Positions 38,810 through 49,812 of a DNA stretch of 64,000 nucleotides are shown piece after piece. How positions within the stretch are numbered: position 1 is the stretch's first letter; each line of letters opens with the position of its first letter. Source of the stretch: a virus. Its lineage: Duplodnaviria; Caudoviricetes. The position numbers were made by a program, and so were the translations under genes. The stretch spans positions 32,001 through 96,000 of the IMG/VR virus record IMGVR_UViG_3300011832_000001; one strand, given 5' to 3'. Below the pieces are notes generated by a model. The model searched no databases. It was given only the letters and a program-made list of their open reading frames with translations, and was not told the origin of the DNA.

Positions 38810-38847
38810 AAAATAGCTCTCCCTTCAAATCTTAATAAAAAACAATG

Positions 38848-39228
38848 TTACGCATCATAAGATACGATTAAAAACCATACGTTGTGATATTCTCCACAAA
38901 TCTCTGCATAATCAGAAGCTTTGCTCAACCACTTTTGTTTTCCATCTTTATAAAAATAAATATGTGATGTTTTACCTCCACCTGATAAACCGACTGTTAC
39001 ACCGATTCTAGCAAGTGACTCATCAACATCTGTAGAAACACTTACAACAGGATTTGATGCTTCTCTGCGAATAACCAAAGTTCCTCTTGTATTATCTACA
39101 TAAATTTCTTCAATACCAACAGCAACGTGACTTGAATTCTCATGAAGGTATACACCATCAGGAGCTAATCTAATTACGCATCCATTGATTTGAACTTTAT
39201 CTTTTGCTTGTTCCCAAGTTTTACCCAT
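38848..39228 (-). CDS. Hypothetical protein
   Basis: AGGAG RBS. Confidence 0.6.
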   Translation of the reverse strand: MGKTWEQAKDKVQINGCVIRLAPDGVYLHENSSHVAVGIEEIYVDNTRGTLVIRREASNPVVSVSTDVDESLARIGVTVGLSGGGKTSHIYFYKDGKQKWLSKASDYAEICGEYHNVWFLIVSYDA

Positions 39229-39252
39229 TATAAAACTCCTTTATAAATATAC

Positions 39253-39284
39253 AAAAAAATAAGAGAGGAATTACCCTCTCTTAT
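39253..39284 (-). terminator. Terminator after major capsid gene
   Basis: TAAGAGAGG-loop-CCTCTCTTA plus U tract on -. Confidence 0.75.
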
Positions 39285-39291
39285 AGTTTTC

Positions 39292-40269
39292 TTACGCTAA
39301 TTCGTAGACTCCCCAAACACCATTGTGAAGAATTGCGATTCCATCTTCGAATTCAACTAGGAAGTCGATAGATTGGTCTCCTTCAATGTTGTTTGCTTCA
39401 TGAACAACGATTGTTCCTTTGTCAATCATTTTAACGAATCTTTCTTGACCACGAGGGATAACAAGTAAGAAGTCGTTAGAGATTGCGAACTCATCAGTTC
39501 CCGGAACTACAGTCTGAGGAATTTCACGAAGTTCCATTCCTGCAACCATACCGAAGTATCCGTTACGAACATACTCATCTTTCATTTGGTCTGAAACCAA
39601 TGTAGGAGTGATTTTGCTAAGAGCCATCTTAGTACCCATGACCATAACGCCATCGACACCTGCTTTAGCAGAAACAAGAGTTCCTAATTCAATAAGTTTA
39701 ACTTCATCGAAAGCACCTGCTTTTTTGTACTCAGCAGTTACATCATCGAATGACTTAACGATTGCATCGTAGATACGAACTTTCTTGTCAGCCATGATTG
39801 AATCGTAAAGACGTTGTACCATAGATGCCCAATTGATACGACCTGTCAAGAAGTGGATAAGCTCAGTGTAGATTTTAACCCCACGAGTATGAGTATCAAC
39901 AGTAAGTTGACCTTTATCCAATTTTTGTCTACGAAGGTCAGAATTACCATCGGCAATTCTTGCTACCTTGAATAGTTCACGGTCTTCAATGTGGAAAAGT
40001 TGTTGGTCTCCAAGAGCCAAGTTGCGTGATTCAACGAATCCGTCAAACTGAGTTGTGATTCCGTCTCCTACAACTACCTCAAGCACTTCTTCAATGATTT
40101 CGAAGATAGCCACTTTATTTCTACGATAAGTCTTGTAGTTAAAGTTTTCTCCAATTCCTAATTGTTCAAACAATTCTGCTCTCATAATTTCATCAGCAGA
40201 TTTTTCTAATTTACTTTCGTCTAGAGTTTTATTATAAGCATCTAGACCAAATTTTACTAAATGGTTCAT
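39292..40269 (-). CDS. Major capsid protein
   Basis: 325 aa, highly expressed codon bias, portal-protease-decoration-capsid order, FEIIEE and LTGRINW. Confidence 0.82.
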   Translation of the reverse strand: MNHLVKFGLDAYNKTLDESKLEKSADEIMRAELFEQLGIGENFNYKTYRRNKVAIFEIIEEVLEVVVGDGITTQFDGFVESRNLALGDQQLFHIEDRELFKVARIADGNSDLRRQKLDKGQLTVDTHTRGVKIYTELIHFLTGRINWASMVQRLYDSIMADKKVRIYDAIVKSFDDVTAEYKKAGAFDEVKLIELGTLVSAKAGVDGVMVMGTKMALSKITPTLVSDQMKDEYVRNGYFGMVAGMELREIPQTVVPGTDEFAISNDFLLVIPRGQERFVKMIDKGTIVVHEANNIEGDQSIDFLVEFEDGIAILHNGVWGVYELA

Positions 40270-40299
40270 TTATTTATTTTCTCCTTTCCTACCTAAAAA

Positions 40300-40794
40300 T
40301 TAAGCTTCTTTAACAGTTACCACGATTGCATCTTTGCGTGTACCATCAGCCATCAAGAATTTTTCAATTTCGATGATTTCAAGAACGATTACGCCATCAA
40401 CAGCAGGAGCATCGGCAACAGCCAATTGAGCTGAACCTGCTTGTGGAACTAGAAACTTACCAACGGCAGGAGCAACTGTAGTTTCGACTAACTCTTTAGC
40501 TAATGTGAAAATATCACCTTTAACTAAGTGATGAGCACGTCCTGCACGTCCTGCTTTCAATACGAAGTTATCTTCGTGGTCTTTACCTTCGTACACACGC
40601 TCAACAGTAGTGTGTAGTAAGAAACGGTCAGAAGTCAAGATATCTGCATCAGCTTTAACTGCGTAGATTTCACGTTCTCCTTCTGCCAAACCGTCAAGAA
40701 CAACAATGTTCCCAACTTTTTTATCAACAGCGAATACTACTGATTCGATGTGACCATGCTTTGTTGCATTCATTTTATCTAAACGTAAAAGCAT
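40300..40794 (-). CDS. Head decoration protein
   Basis: Small beta-rich gene between protease and capsid. Confidence 0.6.
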   Translation of the reverse strand: MLLRLDKMNATKHGHIESVVFAVDKKVGNIVVLDGLAEGEREIYAVKADADILTSDRFLLHTTVERVYEGKDHEDNFVLKAGRAGRAHHLVKGDIFTLAKELVETTVAPAVGKFLVPQAGSAQLAVADAPAVDGVIVLEIIEIEKFLMADGTRKDAIVVTVKEA

Positions 40795-42188
40795 TATTTA
40801 TTTCCTCCCTCAGATTTACTATACTTATTCATAATTTCATTATCAGTCTTAGATTGCTTGTTGTGTTTGTTGATGATATGTGCGAACCCTTTTTTCCCCT
40901 CAGGTTTGCTATCTTGATTAGACTTGACGTATGAGCGACCAATACGAACAAGCAACTCTTTTTCAACTTTTTCAACAGCATCTTCAACAGAAGAATCGCT
41001 AGTGAAGTCAACATCAGCAGAAAATTCTTCTACCATATTACTAGCGTCCTCATCTTTAATACCCAAAACGGCAGAATATTCCAAAATTTTGTCAAAAATC
41101 TTTTTCTCACCTTGTTCTTTCTTAACTGCTTCAAATTGTTCTTTGAATTCAGAATATTCAGAAACAGTATTTTGAGCTTCCTCAAGTTCTGCTTTAACAT
41201 CTGCATGAGCTGTTGTTAATTCGGTGAAGTCGTTTCTAATTGATTCCAATTCATCTTTAACTTCAACTAATTGATTTTTAACATTTTCATATTCAGCTAA
41301 ATCAGCATTAGCTGTCTCCAACTTGCTAAGAGTCTCATTATAAAGAGCTTCATAATCAACAGGGTCATTATCCGTAACTTTAATTTCCTCAAGTTCTAAT
41401 TCAGATACAAGAGCATCTAAGTCGTAATCCTCTGCAACTTCTTCTCCTACTTTTTCAGTAAGCATTTCAACAGTAAGCGATTCCAAATTATATTTTTCAG
41501 AATACTTCTCTTTTAGCATAGCTAATAGTTGTTCTACATTCATTTTATTATCTTCCTTTCTTGCATATTTCTCATATATGCTAATCATTTCATTGAATTC
41601 TTTTTCTTGCGACTCTAATTCAAAAATCTTGGCATGAGAACCTTCAAATGCAGGTTCTACACCCAATAAACACAACGCATGGAATGTGAAGTCTGTAATT
41701 TCAAAGAAACCATCTTCACGTTCATAACCATCATTTACAAAAATCTCCATTGATTGACCAACGGGAGATTCATTTAAAACATTAAGCTCAGAATATCTTT
41801 CATTCCAAAGAACAACAGGAGACACAACTAAATAGTCACGAGTCTTACCTGACGGCTCTTGAATTTCACGCCACTCTAATTTCGCATCATGAGGAACGAA
41901 CCCATATGCTTTTGTAGTATCGATATACTCAATACCATCATCTGTGATTCTTGTTTCTCCACCATGACCCTTAAATGATTTATTTTCTTTATCAAATTCA
42001 CCAATGACAGGGATATTGTGAATAGATGACAAAGCTTTCTCAATTGCACTCATTTGCATTGATGTATAATTTCTATTATCACCTGCATACATAATTGCAA
42101 TTTCTGCTTCCATAAATCTATGAGTACCTCTTGTAACTTGACTATAATTCAAAACTTTGGTATCATAAGAGAATAGTTTATTTTTCAT
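40794..42188 (-). CDS. Prohead protease / scaffold
   Basis: G.NRN, GHGG, QSMEI, ALCLLGVEPAF protease domain plus acidic coiled coil. Confidence 0.8.
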   Translation of the reverse strand: MKNKLFSYDTKVLNYSQVTRGTHRFMEAEIAIMYAGDNRNYTSMQMSAIEKALSSIHNIPVIGEFDKENKSFKGHGGETRITDDGIEYIDTTKAYGFVPHDAKLEWREIQEPSGKTRDYLVVSPVVLWNERYSELNVLNESPVGQSMEIFVNDGYEREDGFFEITDFTFHALCLLGVEPAFEGSHAKIFELESQEKEFNEMISIYEKYARKEDNKMNVEQLLAMLKEKYSEKYNLESLTVEMLTEKVGEEVAEDYDLDALVSELELEEIKVTDNDPVDYEALYNETLSKLETANADLAEYENVKNQLVEVKDELESIRNDFTELTTAHADVKAELEEAQNTVSEYSEFKEQFEAVKKEQGEKKIFDKILEYSAVLGIKDEDASNMVEEFSADVDFTSDSSVEDAVEKVEKELLVRIGRSYVKSNQDSKPEGKKGFAHIINKHNKQSKTDNEIMNKYSKSEGGNK

Positions 42189-42202
42189 TTTATCACCTTC
42201 CT

Positions 42203-43645
42203 TTACTCAGTATTTCCTTGTGCTCTATCAGCACCCTCTGTCGTTTCACCTGATTTATCTTCGGGTCTTCCTTGACCTTCTGCACCAACGTGAGATGACA
42301 TAAGTGGAATCATATTTTCATGCAGTTTCAAAGTATTATTTTCAAAGTTCATCATATCAATAGCTTCTCTAGGGTTGTATCCTAGTGCTGATGCCAATTC
42401 TAATTTGACAGGCAATCCAAATTGAGCTGTTTTTAAAAGCAACTCAATGTACTCATCTCTATTATAATAGGTAACATCTAGAATTTTAAATCTGACTTTG
42501 CTTTTCTTTCCTGCCATGTCTTTGATTCGGATATTCACCCAACGTTCCAATTGTCTTAGAATTGCAAAGACCATTGTCTCGTCTACTTTTAGAGAATACT
42601 TAATACCAACGTTGTTGTTAGCTTTACCGAATAGAACTTCTGATACACCATTTGAATTCCAAAAGTTCGCTTCTGCATTAGCCACATTATCTGTTTCTGA
42701 ATTTTGATTCTGTCTAACAGTAATATCTTCAACTTCCATCGGTGTTGTCACTAATTGAATTTCCTCAGGAAGAGAATCAGCAAACATTTCATGGAATGCT
42801 GTAGCGGTATCTGCTTCAATAGCAAAGTTATCTGCTCTATTAGAATTTTTATCATTATGCAAAGGAATCTTCTGAACCAAAATCTTATAAGTGTTTAGTT
42901 TATCACGAACTTTTCTTAACTTCTTATATTTCTCAAGTTCTAAGATTGCTCTGAAAGAACCTGCCATTGGAGGAACTGTAACCTCTGAATCTTCATCTGC
43001 TTTAATTGCGATTGAGTCTTTATAAGGAACGATTACATATGGCTCATTATTTTGTCTAGCATTGACAATAGCTATTCTAAGCTCCGATGAATACATTGAT
43101 ATATCTTCTAATTCAAAGAAGTGAGTAGAGACACCAATTGTAAATATTCCATCAACAACGCCATATAGGATAACATCTTTCGCATCAACCTTATGAAAAT
43201 GAATCGATTCTTTATTTTCAATTATGAGACCATAATATGCACCCTCTTTGAAAACAGATTTCATAATCTTAACAAACTCATGTTTGATATTAATTCTTTC
43301 CAAATCCGAAATTACTGCTCGATAGGTTTTTAGGTCAGTGTCATCAGATGGTACTGCTAACCAATCTAAAGTGGAAGCTTCTGCAAAGTAATTAACCATA
43401 CGTCTATATTGAGATGATTTAATATATAGAGCTTTCGAGACTTCTCTCAAATAAGAATCATTTACAACAGAACTATCTAATTCAGCATCTAATTTCTCTT
43501 CTGATAATATATTGATAGTAGCGCTTCTCCAACCTAATGAAGATAGCCTATTTCTTCTTCTAGTGATATTAACAGTTGTCAATTTTGCGAACTCTTCTCT
43601 CATGAGTTTTTTCTCTTGCTCACTTTTCTCAACTTTCTTATCCAT
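42203..43645 (-). CDS. Portal protein
   Basis: Between terminase and protease; GRP C-terminus; likely ATG 43645. Confidence 0.82.
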   Translation of the reverse strand: MDKKVEKSEQEKKLMREEFAKLTTVNITRRRNRLSSLGWRSATINILSEEKLDAELDSSVVNDSYLREVSKALYIKSSQYRRMVNYFAEASTLDWLAVPSDDTDLKTYRAVISDLERINIKHEFVKIMKSVFKEGAYYGLIIENKESIHFHKVDAKDVILYGVVDGIFTIGVSTHFFELEDISMYSSELRIAIVNARQNNEPYVIVPYKDSIAIKADEDSEVTVPPMAGSFRAILELEKYKKLRKVRDKLNTYKILVQKIPLHNDKNSNRADNFAIEADTATAFHEMFADSLPEEIQLVTTPMEVEDITVRQNQNSETDNVANAEANFWNSNGVSEVLFGKANNNVGIKYSLKVDETMVFAILRQLERWVNIRIKDMAGKKSKVRFKILDVTYYNRDEYIELLLKTAQFGLPVKLELASALGYNPREAIDMMNFENNTLKLHENMIPLMSSHVGAEGQGRPEDKSGETTEGADRAQGNTE

Positions 43646-43789
43646 ATAAAAACCTCCTTTCATTTTGTAATTCTTCTCTAAATGCTATAAATTCAACTTG
43701 TAAAAAATTAATAGTAGAGATTGCTCTCTACTATTAATAACTAAACTCGCTAAAAATTCCAATTTTTTTACAAAAAACGTAATTTTTCA

Positions 43790-45580
43790 TCAAAAACCTT
43801 TAGCTTTTCTGATTTTCATCATCATTTTTGCATTTGCGTTACTTCTGCCTTTATTTACTAAGTTATCAGATTCCTTTTGTTTTATATACCACATGCCGTA
43901 TGAAACGGCTGAATATTTATCTTTGTTGATTCTATTTGAGATTTGTTTTACTGTCATGTTCATACTTCCTGTATAATGATACTTCAAGTTCATAACCTCA
44001 TCTACAAAAAGGTCTGTAGCAATATGTGATGTGAAGTTATAATTCTCAACAGCTTTTTCTTTCTTGCTTTGTAAGAGAATCATTTTCTTATCTTGTTCAC
44101 CAATCAGGAATTCTACATCTCTGTTCTTAACTGAAATCATAAAGTGATTATGAATATCAGAAGCTTTGTTGTCTTTTGTTGTTGATTTTAAGACATATAA
44201 TATCTCTGCTGAATCGGCTTTTCTATATTTATCATAATCACTGTTATTCATAACTGAGTAAGAAGGGTATTCATCAATTTCATCTAAGAGATAATCAATG
44301 ATACCTGCTCCTAAACCGTTAGCATCGACAACTAGAGCTGATGCCTTATACATTTCTACATACATCTTCAATTCTCTAGCTTGAAGTTTGAAATGCATAC
44401 TTCCATCCATACCAATGAGTTTTACGACTTTTCTTTTATAAGTTCCATCTCCTCTATCTATAGCTTTAATTACAGCCATAGCGGAATCGGCAGTTTCTTT
44501 ACCTTCGCTTCGAGCAACGTCATATGCAATAGTATAGAAGAAGTCAACGCCTTTTTTCTCTTCTGTATAGCTGTCCTCAAAGTCCAATAGTTTTCTACAA
44601 GCGAAAATATCCTCAGATGATACCAAAGCATCTTGAGATGTTCCTGTCCAAACAGATTCATACTCACGTTGGAAACCACCAACAGTAAGTTTTGCTCTTT
44701 TATCTAGAATGTCTTCTAAATCTAGCTGAGTATCATACATAGTACCTAGTTGATAACCTGCTCCGAAGTAGAATGATTTCTTACCTGACAACATTTCATC
44801 AATCGTAGTTTGAGCTAGAGCAAAGGCATACGATTGTTTTCGACCTGCTGTTGTAATAAATATTTTTTGTTTATGAATTTCGTTCTCTCTATCAATCTTA
44901 CCTGTTACAGTCTGTCTATTTAAAGCCATCATAGGAAGTACAGACTCATTAAGAATATCAGGGTCAATTGACTCATCTGCAATTTCCTCTACAAGACCTG
45001 CCGTTCGTCTACCTCCCCTTGCAGAGTTTGCAATAGGAACGATGTCTAAGTAACTATTATTTTTAAATTCAAGTCTAAAGTAATCTTTGTTGTCAATTGG
45101 TCTTCTTGCCAACTCACCTTTTAGAGCAGGATACCATGTCATGATTTCTCCGATTTTCTCTTTGGCAATAGTTGCACCCTGAGCTTTACCCGGAGCTGAG
45201 ATGAATATCTTGCTATTTGGATACATGATACATTTCAAGAACATCGCTAAGATAGCAATATAAGATTTAGCTGTACCACGAGTAGCTACGAAGTATACTT
45301 CTTTATTTCTAAAAATCAATCTAAGGAACATTCTCTGATAGGCATAAAGCTTGACAGGCGTTCTCTCATCTGATATAAAGTCAATAAATAGGTCAGGCTT
45401 ACTTCTCCAAAGAGATAGATATTTTCTCCAATGAACTTTGGATTTCTCTAAAGCATTGAGAGTATCATCTATTTGAGCACTTTTCCCTAAGTTATTTTCA
45501 TATCTTCCATTTTCAGGAGCAGAAGAATATTGACCACTCAATACTCTTTCTCTTTCCTGCTTCTTACTATAATTACTCAT
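43790..45580 (-). CDS. terL: Terminase large subunit
   Basis: ATRGTAKS Walker A, ARGGR, LVEE, ITTAG, YDVAR, VDANGLG, KDKYSA. Confidence 0.92.
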   Translation of the reverse strand: MSNYSKKQERERVLSGQYSSAPENGRYENNLGKSAQIDDTLNALEKSKVHWRKYLSLWRSKPDLFIDFISDERTPVKLYAYQRMFLRLIFRNKEVYFVATRGTAKSYIAILAMFLKCIMYPNSKIFISAPGKAQGATIAKEKIGEIMTWYPALKGELARRPIDNKDYFRLEFKNNSYLDIVPIANSARGGRRTAGLVEEIADESIDPDILNESVLPMMALNRQTVTGKIDRENEIHKQKIFITTAGRKQSYAFALAQTTIDEMLSGKKSFYFGAGYQLGTMYDTQLDLEDILDKRAKLTVGGFQREYESVWTGTSQDALVSSEDIFACRKLLDFEDSYTEEKKGVDFFYTIAYDVARSEGKETADSAMAVIKAIDRGDGTYKRKVVKLIGMDGSMHFKLQARELKMYVEMYKASALVVDANGLGAGIIDYLLDEIDEYPSYSVMNNSDYDKYRKADSAEILYVLKSTTKDNKASDIHNHFMISVKNRDVEFLIGEQDKKMILLQSKKEKAVENYNFTSHIATDLFVDEVMNLKYHYTGSMNMTVKQISNRINKDKYSAVSYGMWYIKQKESDNLVNKGRSNANAKMMMKIRKAKGF

Positions 45581-46535
45581 CGTTATCATCCCACTCATCA
45601 GGCATATCTTCCGATGAATCATAGCTCTTCAACTCTGTAAAGTCATTTAGTTTTCTATAATGATTTAGAATAGTCTCAATTGTTTTGTCGATGATGTCTT
45701 TATTTTCTTCAAGCGGATATGGCTCTACGAAACCATCTCTTTCAACCTCAGCGAAAATCTCACTAAATGAACGAATACCTGCCTGTTCAGAAATTGAAAT
45801 TTTATCAATAGGTCTGAATCCACCATCCGCATTCAACTTATTAAAAGTATCCTGTAAATGTTTTACAGCCTGTGTGTCTCCATCTTGCATAGCTCTATCA
45901 ATCATGATGTCTAATTTCGCTAATTTTTCTAACATCTTGAAGTGAGTCGGTGTTTCAATAACAAAGCTCGTACACATGTTATCATAGAACTCATTCATTT
46001 TATCCATTTCTTCTATAGAGAATCCTGTACCCCATCTTTGATATTTCTTTCTTTCGTCTTGGTCTATCTTCGCAATAGCCTTATCATTAAACGTGTCTGT
46101 TCCGATTCTATAGTAGTAACTATGGTCATTATCTGATATGTCAATATCTCCACCATTATAAGCTTCCTTTATAGCATCTAGGGCTTGCATATCTCTTAGT
46201 GCAAATTCACGTCCTGACGTTCCCTGACGTGCCGTAGCCTTCTTGTTAACTGCTTTCATATACATACCTAGTACGGGAGATTTGCGACCCACATTTGAGT
46301 CAACTAGAGCTTTGATAAAGTTTTCAGGGAAGAACGGAAGTTCCATCTGATTGACAATATTTTTAAAAGTCTCATGGTCAAAAGGGTCTGACGTTTTCTC
46401 ATGTAAGCATTTCTTACAAATAGGATAACGACCATCTTTCGCAATAGAGCATTTAGATGTATAATAGCTAGATGGTGAATATGGCTTAGAGCAATTCAAA
46501 CATAGAATCTTATCATCTTTTTGTACTTTTCTCAT
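45573..46535 (-). CDS. Putative terminase small subunit with N-terminal Zn finger
   Basis: CLNC...CKKC; overlaps terL start. Confidence 0.6.
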   Translation of the reverse strand: MRKVQKDDKILCLNCSKPYSPSSYYTSKCSIAKDGRYPICKKCLHEKTSDPFDHETFKNIVNQMELPFFPENFIKALVDSNVGRKSPVLGMYMKAVNKKATARQGTSGREFALRDMQALDAIKEAYNGGDIDISDNDHSYYYRIGTDTFNDKAIAKIDQDERKKYQRWGTGFSIEEMDKMNEFYDNMCTSFVIETPTHFKMLEKLAKLDIMIDRAMQDGDTQAVKHLQDTFNKLNADGGFRPIDKISISEQAGIRSFSEIFAEVERDGFVEPYPLEENKDIIDKTIETILNHYRKLNDFTELKSYDSSEDMPDEWDDNDE

Positions 46536-46582
46536 ATTTTACTTCTCCTTTCATAACGCAAAAAAGAGCCTAGAAAACAGGC

Positions 46583-47734
46583 TCAAAAAACAATGTTGTG
46601 AGTAGAATATCTACCTTTTTTATCAAACACTAATAATTTCTGTCCTGCTTTCCCGACCTTACCGATTGAGATAGCATATTCATCTACGCCTTTCATTGAC
46701 GCATTTTGAATTACTTCTATTCCACTGTCTTCTCTTTCTGATAAGTGGTGTCTATGACCCATCAAAATATAGTCAGGATTGTAACCTAACATAGTAGCCA
46801 TAACTTTATCTACAGTTTGAGGATTATGTTTATGACCATGAACACCTACAATCTTATGACCCAAAACATCCATAAGGATAATTTCATCATGAATTGTATT
46901 ATCATGATAGAAGACATTAGCCATTCCTTTAATATTTGTTTCTGCGAACCAAGCAATGATGTCCTCAAATGACTCTTTATCAACACTATCTTTTTTATTA
47001 GGTGAGACTCGTGAGTGATTACCTCTAGTCATGTGAACATGAACCTCTTCAAAATGTTCAGATAGAATTTCAATTGCCTTAGTAAATGCTTCCGCATAAA
47101 TCTTCGTTTGAGTTACGACATCGACTACATTATCAATTCGAGTAGTCACATGAATAAGACCCTCAATAGCATCTCCCAAATCAACAACGTGAAGCTTTTT
47201 GACACCATATAATTTTGCTCTTTCAATTGTTTCAGAAATCAAAGTATTCAATCTCATATGGAAAGTTGCAAGGTCATAATGATTCCAAGTATTATCACAT
47301 TGTGCTCCAACATGGGCATCAGAAATCATAAGTAAAGCTTCTTTATCATATTCTTTAACGGCTACTTTTTCAACCGTATGGATATTCGTTGCTTCCATCA
47401 AAGCTTCTTTGAATTTTTCCTCATAAACCTCTGCTCTAGATAGCTCACGAATTAATAAATTTAAACCTCGTCTCTCATCTGAAATCTTAACTCTTTCCTT
47501 TTTCAATTCTAGAGTCTGTTTCTTGATTGCTTCTGCTTCATCTGATGAAAGTGAATTCTTAAATTCTTCACGAGCAATTTCATAACCCTTCATCATCTCT
47601 GTGAATTTCTTACGATAGGTATCAGGTGATAAATTTAAATCTAGAGTCTTATTTAACTCTTCTGAAATTTCATCCCAAGATAATCCCATAGAACGAAGTC
47701 TCTTAGATTCGTTAAAAATAGAACTCTCAATCAT
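46583..47734 (-). CDS. Calcineurin-like metallophosphoesterase with N-terminal HTH
   Basis: SDAHVG, LGD, GNH, HGH, GHRH. Confidence 0.85.
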   Translation of the reverse strand: MIESSIFNESKRLRSMGLSWDEISEELNKTLDLNLSPDTYRKKFTEMMKGYEIAREEFKNSLSSDEAEAIKKQTLELKKERVKISDERRGLNLLIRELSRAEVYEEKFKEALMEATNIHTVEKVAVKEYDKEALLMISDAHVGAQCDNTWNHYDLATFHMRLNTLISETIERAKLYGVKKLHVVDLGDAIEGLIHVTTRIDNVVDVVTQTKIYAEAFTKAIEILSEHFEEVHVHMTRGNHSRVSPNKKDSVDKESFEDIIAWFAETNIKGMANVFYHDNTIHDEIILMDVLGHKIVGVHGHKHNPQTVDKVMATMLGYNPDYILMGHRHHLSEREDSGIEVIQNASMKGVDEYAISIGKVGKAGQKLLVFDKKGRYSTHNIVF

Positions 47735-48129
47735 TCATTATCTTCCTTTTCTTTTTTCTTAGCTTCCATTGCTTCTTTTCTCTTTTGTTTATCACGCTCA
47801 ATAGCTTCTTTAGTTGCCTTTTCAGCTTGCTCACGTTCTTCTTTTTTCTTCTCACGTAAAGACTTGGCATCATAGCTATCTTGTTTTTTCCATTTCTCAT
47901 CCATAACAACACGTTCAAGTTCCATATGTTTTTCACTTAATCGTGAGTTCGCATTAGCTCCTAATTTTTGAGTTAATACAATAGTCTGTGGAACGTCTGC
48001 TTCGAATTTATGAGTAAGACCTTCAATTTCTACTTCTGTATCGAAATTATAAACAACTTCAACAGGCAGTTCAATTTTATCATTTTTCATAATTCGCTTA
48101 CCTGTTTTAATTTTAACATTAGCTTTCAT
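47731..48129 (-). CDS. Hypothetical protein
   Basis: RBS; ATGA overlap with the next gene. Confidence 0.65.
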   Translation of the reverse strand: MKANVKIKTGKRIMKNDKIELPVEVVYNFDTEVEIEGLTHKFEADVPQTIVLTQKLGANANSRLSEKHMELERVVMDEKWKKQDSYDAKSLREKKKEEREQAEKATKEAIERDKQKRKEAMEAKKKEKEDNE

Positions 48130-48170
48130 AAAAACTTCCTTTCTTAAAATAAGAGGGGATAACCCCTCTT

Positions 48171-49406
48171 TTAAATCATTGCACCTAGAGTTGAAATCTC
48201 TCCACGTTGGTTTCCTTCTAGCATTACATGGGAGAAGAATTCATAACCTTTAAAGACTTCCAAAACTCTTGAGATACCATTGTTGTAACCTTTTGCTGAC
48301 TCCAAATCAATTTGACGAAGGTCATAATCTAGAATCAATTGCGAGTTATCACTGATACGCTCTACGATTGTTCTCATAAGGTCACGGTTCAAGTTTTGAG
48401 CTTCTGTAAAGAATGCAGTAGCATTTTCAATACTTACTCCACGAATATATTCTACAGGGAGAACTTCAATTTTATTGCTCTCTAATAGAAGTCGAACCGC
48501 AAGCTCTCCACCTAGTTTAGTAGATAGGATTGCACCGATATTTGATTGCAATAGTTTTTCTTTCAAGTCACCTTTTACAAGACCAAATGTTTGTGAGCCT
48601 TTAACAGTTTGGTTATTTACAAAGATATAAACCTTTTTATCATTTTCAATATCTTGCATAATCTTAGACATTGCCAAGTAAGTTTTACCCGAACCTGCTT
48701 TACCACCCATAACAACCAACTTGTCCTCTAAGAGACCATCGATAGCACAAGCTTGACGTAGGTTTAATGCTTGTGTTCTACCCATATGACCTGAGTCAAT
48801 AAGGCGAGTGCACATAATCTCTTTATGCTTAAACCATCCACCTGTATCAGTATATTTGAATGCTCGTACTTCTTTTCCTTTTACTCGGAAAATCAAGTAT
48901 TGGTTCATAAGAAGGTCATAAACATTATCATCATCTTCTGTTTTGTTTGTCATCTTAACAAATTCATCAATCTGTTCCTGTGTAACATCTACTACTTTAA
49001 CTCCACAATAATCTGTATTATCAATTGCATTTGCTTCTAGTACATCGATTCCATGAGCACTAGCAATATTTTGTAATGAAATATCTTCTGAAATAAGACC
49101 CAAGCCATGCTTCAAAGCAAGCTCTACTAGTTTATTATCTGTATAGTCTACTTCATCTACATCTTTCATAAAGACAAACTCTGTTACAGTGTCATTTAAA
49201 AATTGTCCATTTTCTTGAAGCTCATCACGATTCTCTTTAATCCAACGAAGAGCTTCACGAGCCATTGCCTGAGTTGCAGGACGGTCTGAATTCGACTTAT
49301 GTTTTTCAAGTTCTCGAAGAACGTAGATTGATAGCACAATCTCATCCTTCTTGATTGCTGATAGGTTGTGCATTAAAGTTGAAGTATCTACCAAAAACTT
49401 AGTCAT
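48171..49406 (-). CDS. phoH: PIN-PhoH protein
   Basis: VDTS PIN domain; GKAGSGKT, YIRGVS, EAQN. Confidence 0.9.
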   Translation of the reverse strand: MTKFLVDTSTLMHNLSAIKKDEIVLSIYVLRELEKHKSNSDRPATQAMAREALRWIKENRDELQENGQFLNDTVTEFVFMKDVDEVDYTDNKLVELALKHGLGLISEDISLQNIASAHGIDVLEANAIDNTDYCGVKVVDVTQEQIDEFVKMTNKTEDDDNVYDLLMNQYLIFRVKGKEVRAFKYTDTGGWFKHKEIMCTRLIDSGHMGRTQALNLRQACAIDGLLEDKLVVMGGKAGSGKTYLAMSKIMQDIENDKKVYIFVNNQTVKGSQTFGLVKGDLKEKLLQSNIGAILSTKLGGELAVRLLLESNKIEVLPVEYIRGVSIENATAFFTEAQNLNRDLMRTIVERISDNSQLILDYDLRQIDLESAKGYNNGISRVLEVFKGYEFFSHVMLEGNQRGEISTLGAMI

Positions 49407-49439
49407 TAAAAATTTCTCCTTTAGCTATCTCGTAGCTTT

Positions 49440-49799
49440 TTATTGTAATTTCTTTAGCTTTTCATTATGCTCTTTTACACGTTTTTCCATCTGATTATGA
49501 TTTCTCAAAACCAAATTAATACGGTAAGGTAATTCTTTTAATTCACCATTGGGCATTCTTTTCACCTTAGGTGGAAGTAATCGCATTAAGAAAGTTCCTA
49601 CAGGAGTGTGTATCTTGCTGTTAGGTTCTGCAATTTCTACAGCTTCTGCGAAAGTAAGTTTCATTGCTTTCATAATATCTCTACAAGTTTCTAAACTAAG
49701 ATTGTAACCTAGTTTTCGCATTTCTTGTTGAAAGATTGCTGTAATATCATCTAAATAGACGGGCTTACCTTTTTCATTAAAATCTTTCTCTTCCATCAA
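49440..49799 (-). CDS. HU/IHF-like DNA-binding protein
   Basis: Helical N-terminus, GTF, R.PNGE arm. Confidence 0.55.
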   Translation of the reverse strand: MMEEKDFNEKGKPVYLDDITAIFQQEMRKLGYNLSLETCRDIMKAMKLTFAEAVEIAEPNSKIHTPVGTFLMRLLPPKVKRMPNGELKELPYRINLVLRNHNQMEKRVKEHNEKLKKLQ

Positions 49800-49812
49800 A
49801 TTTCCCTCTCTA

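Noticed and set aside
8965-49040. Numerous short ORFs antisense to or nested in structural genes
   Set aside because: Shadow frames of long genes; no RBS or recognisable motifs noticed.
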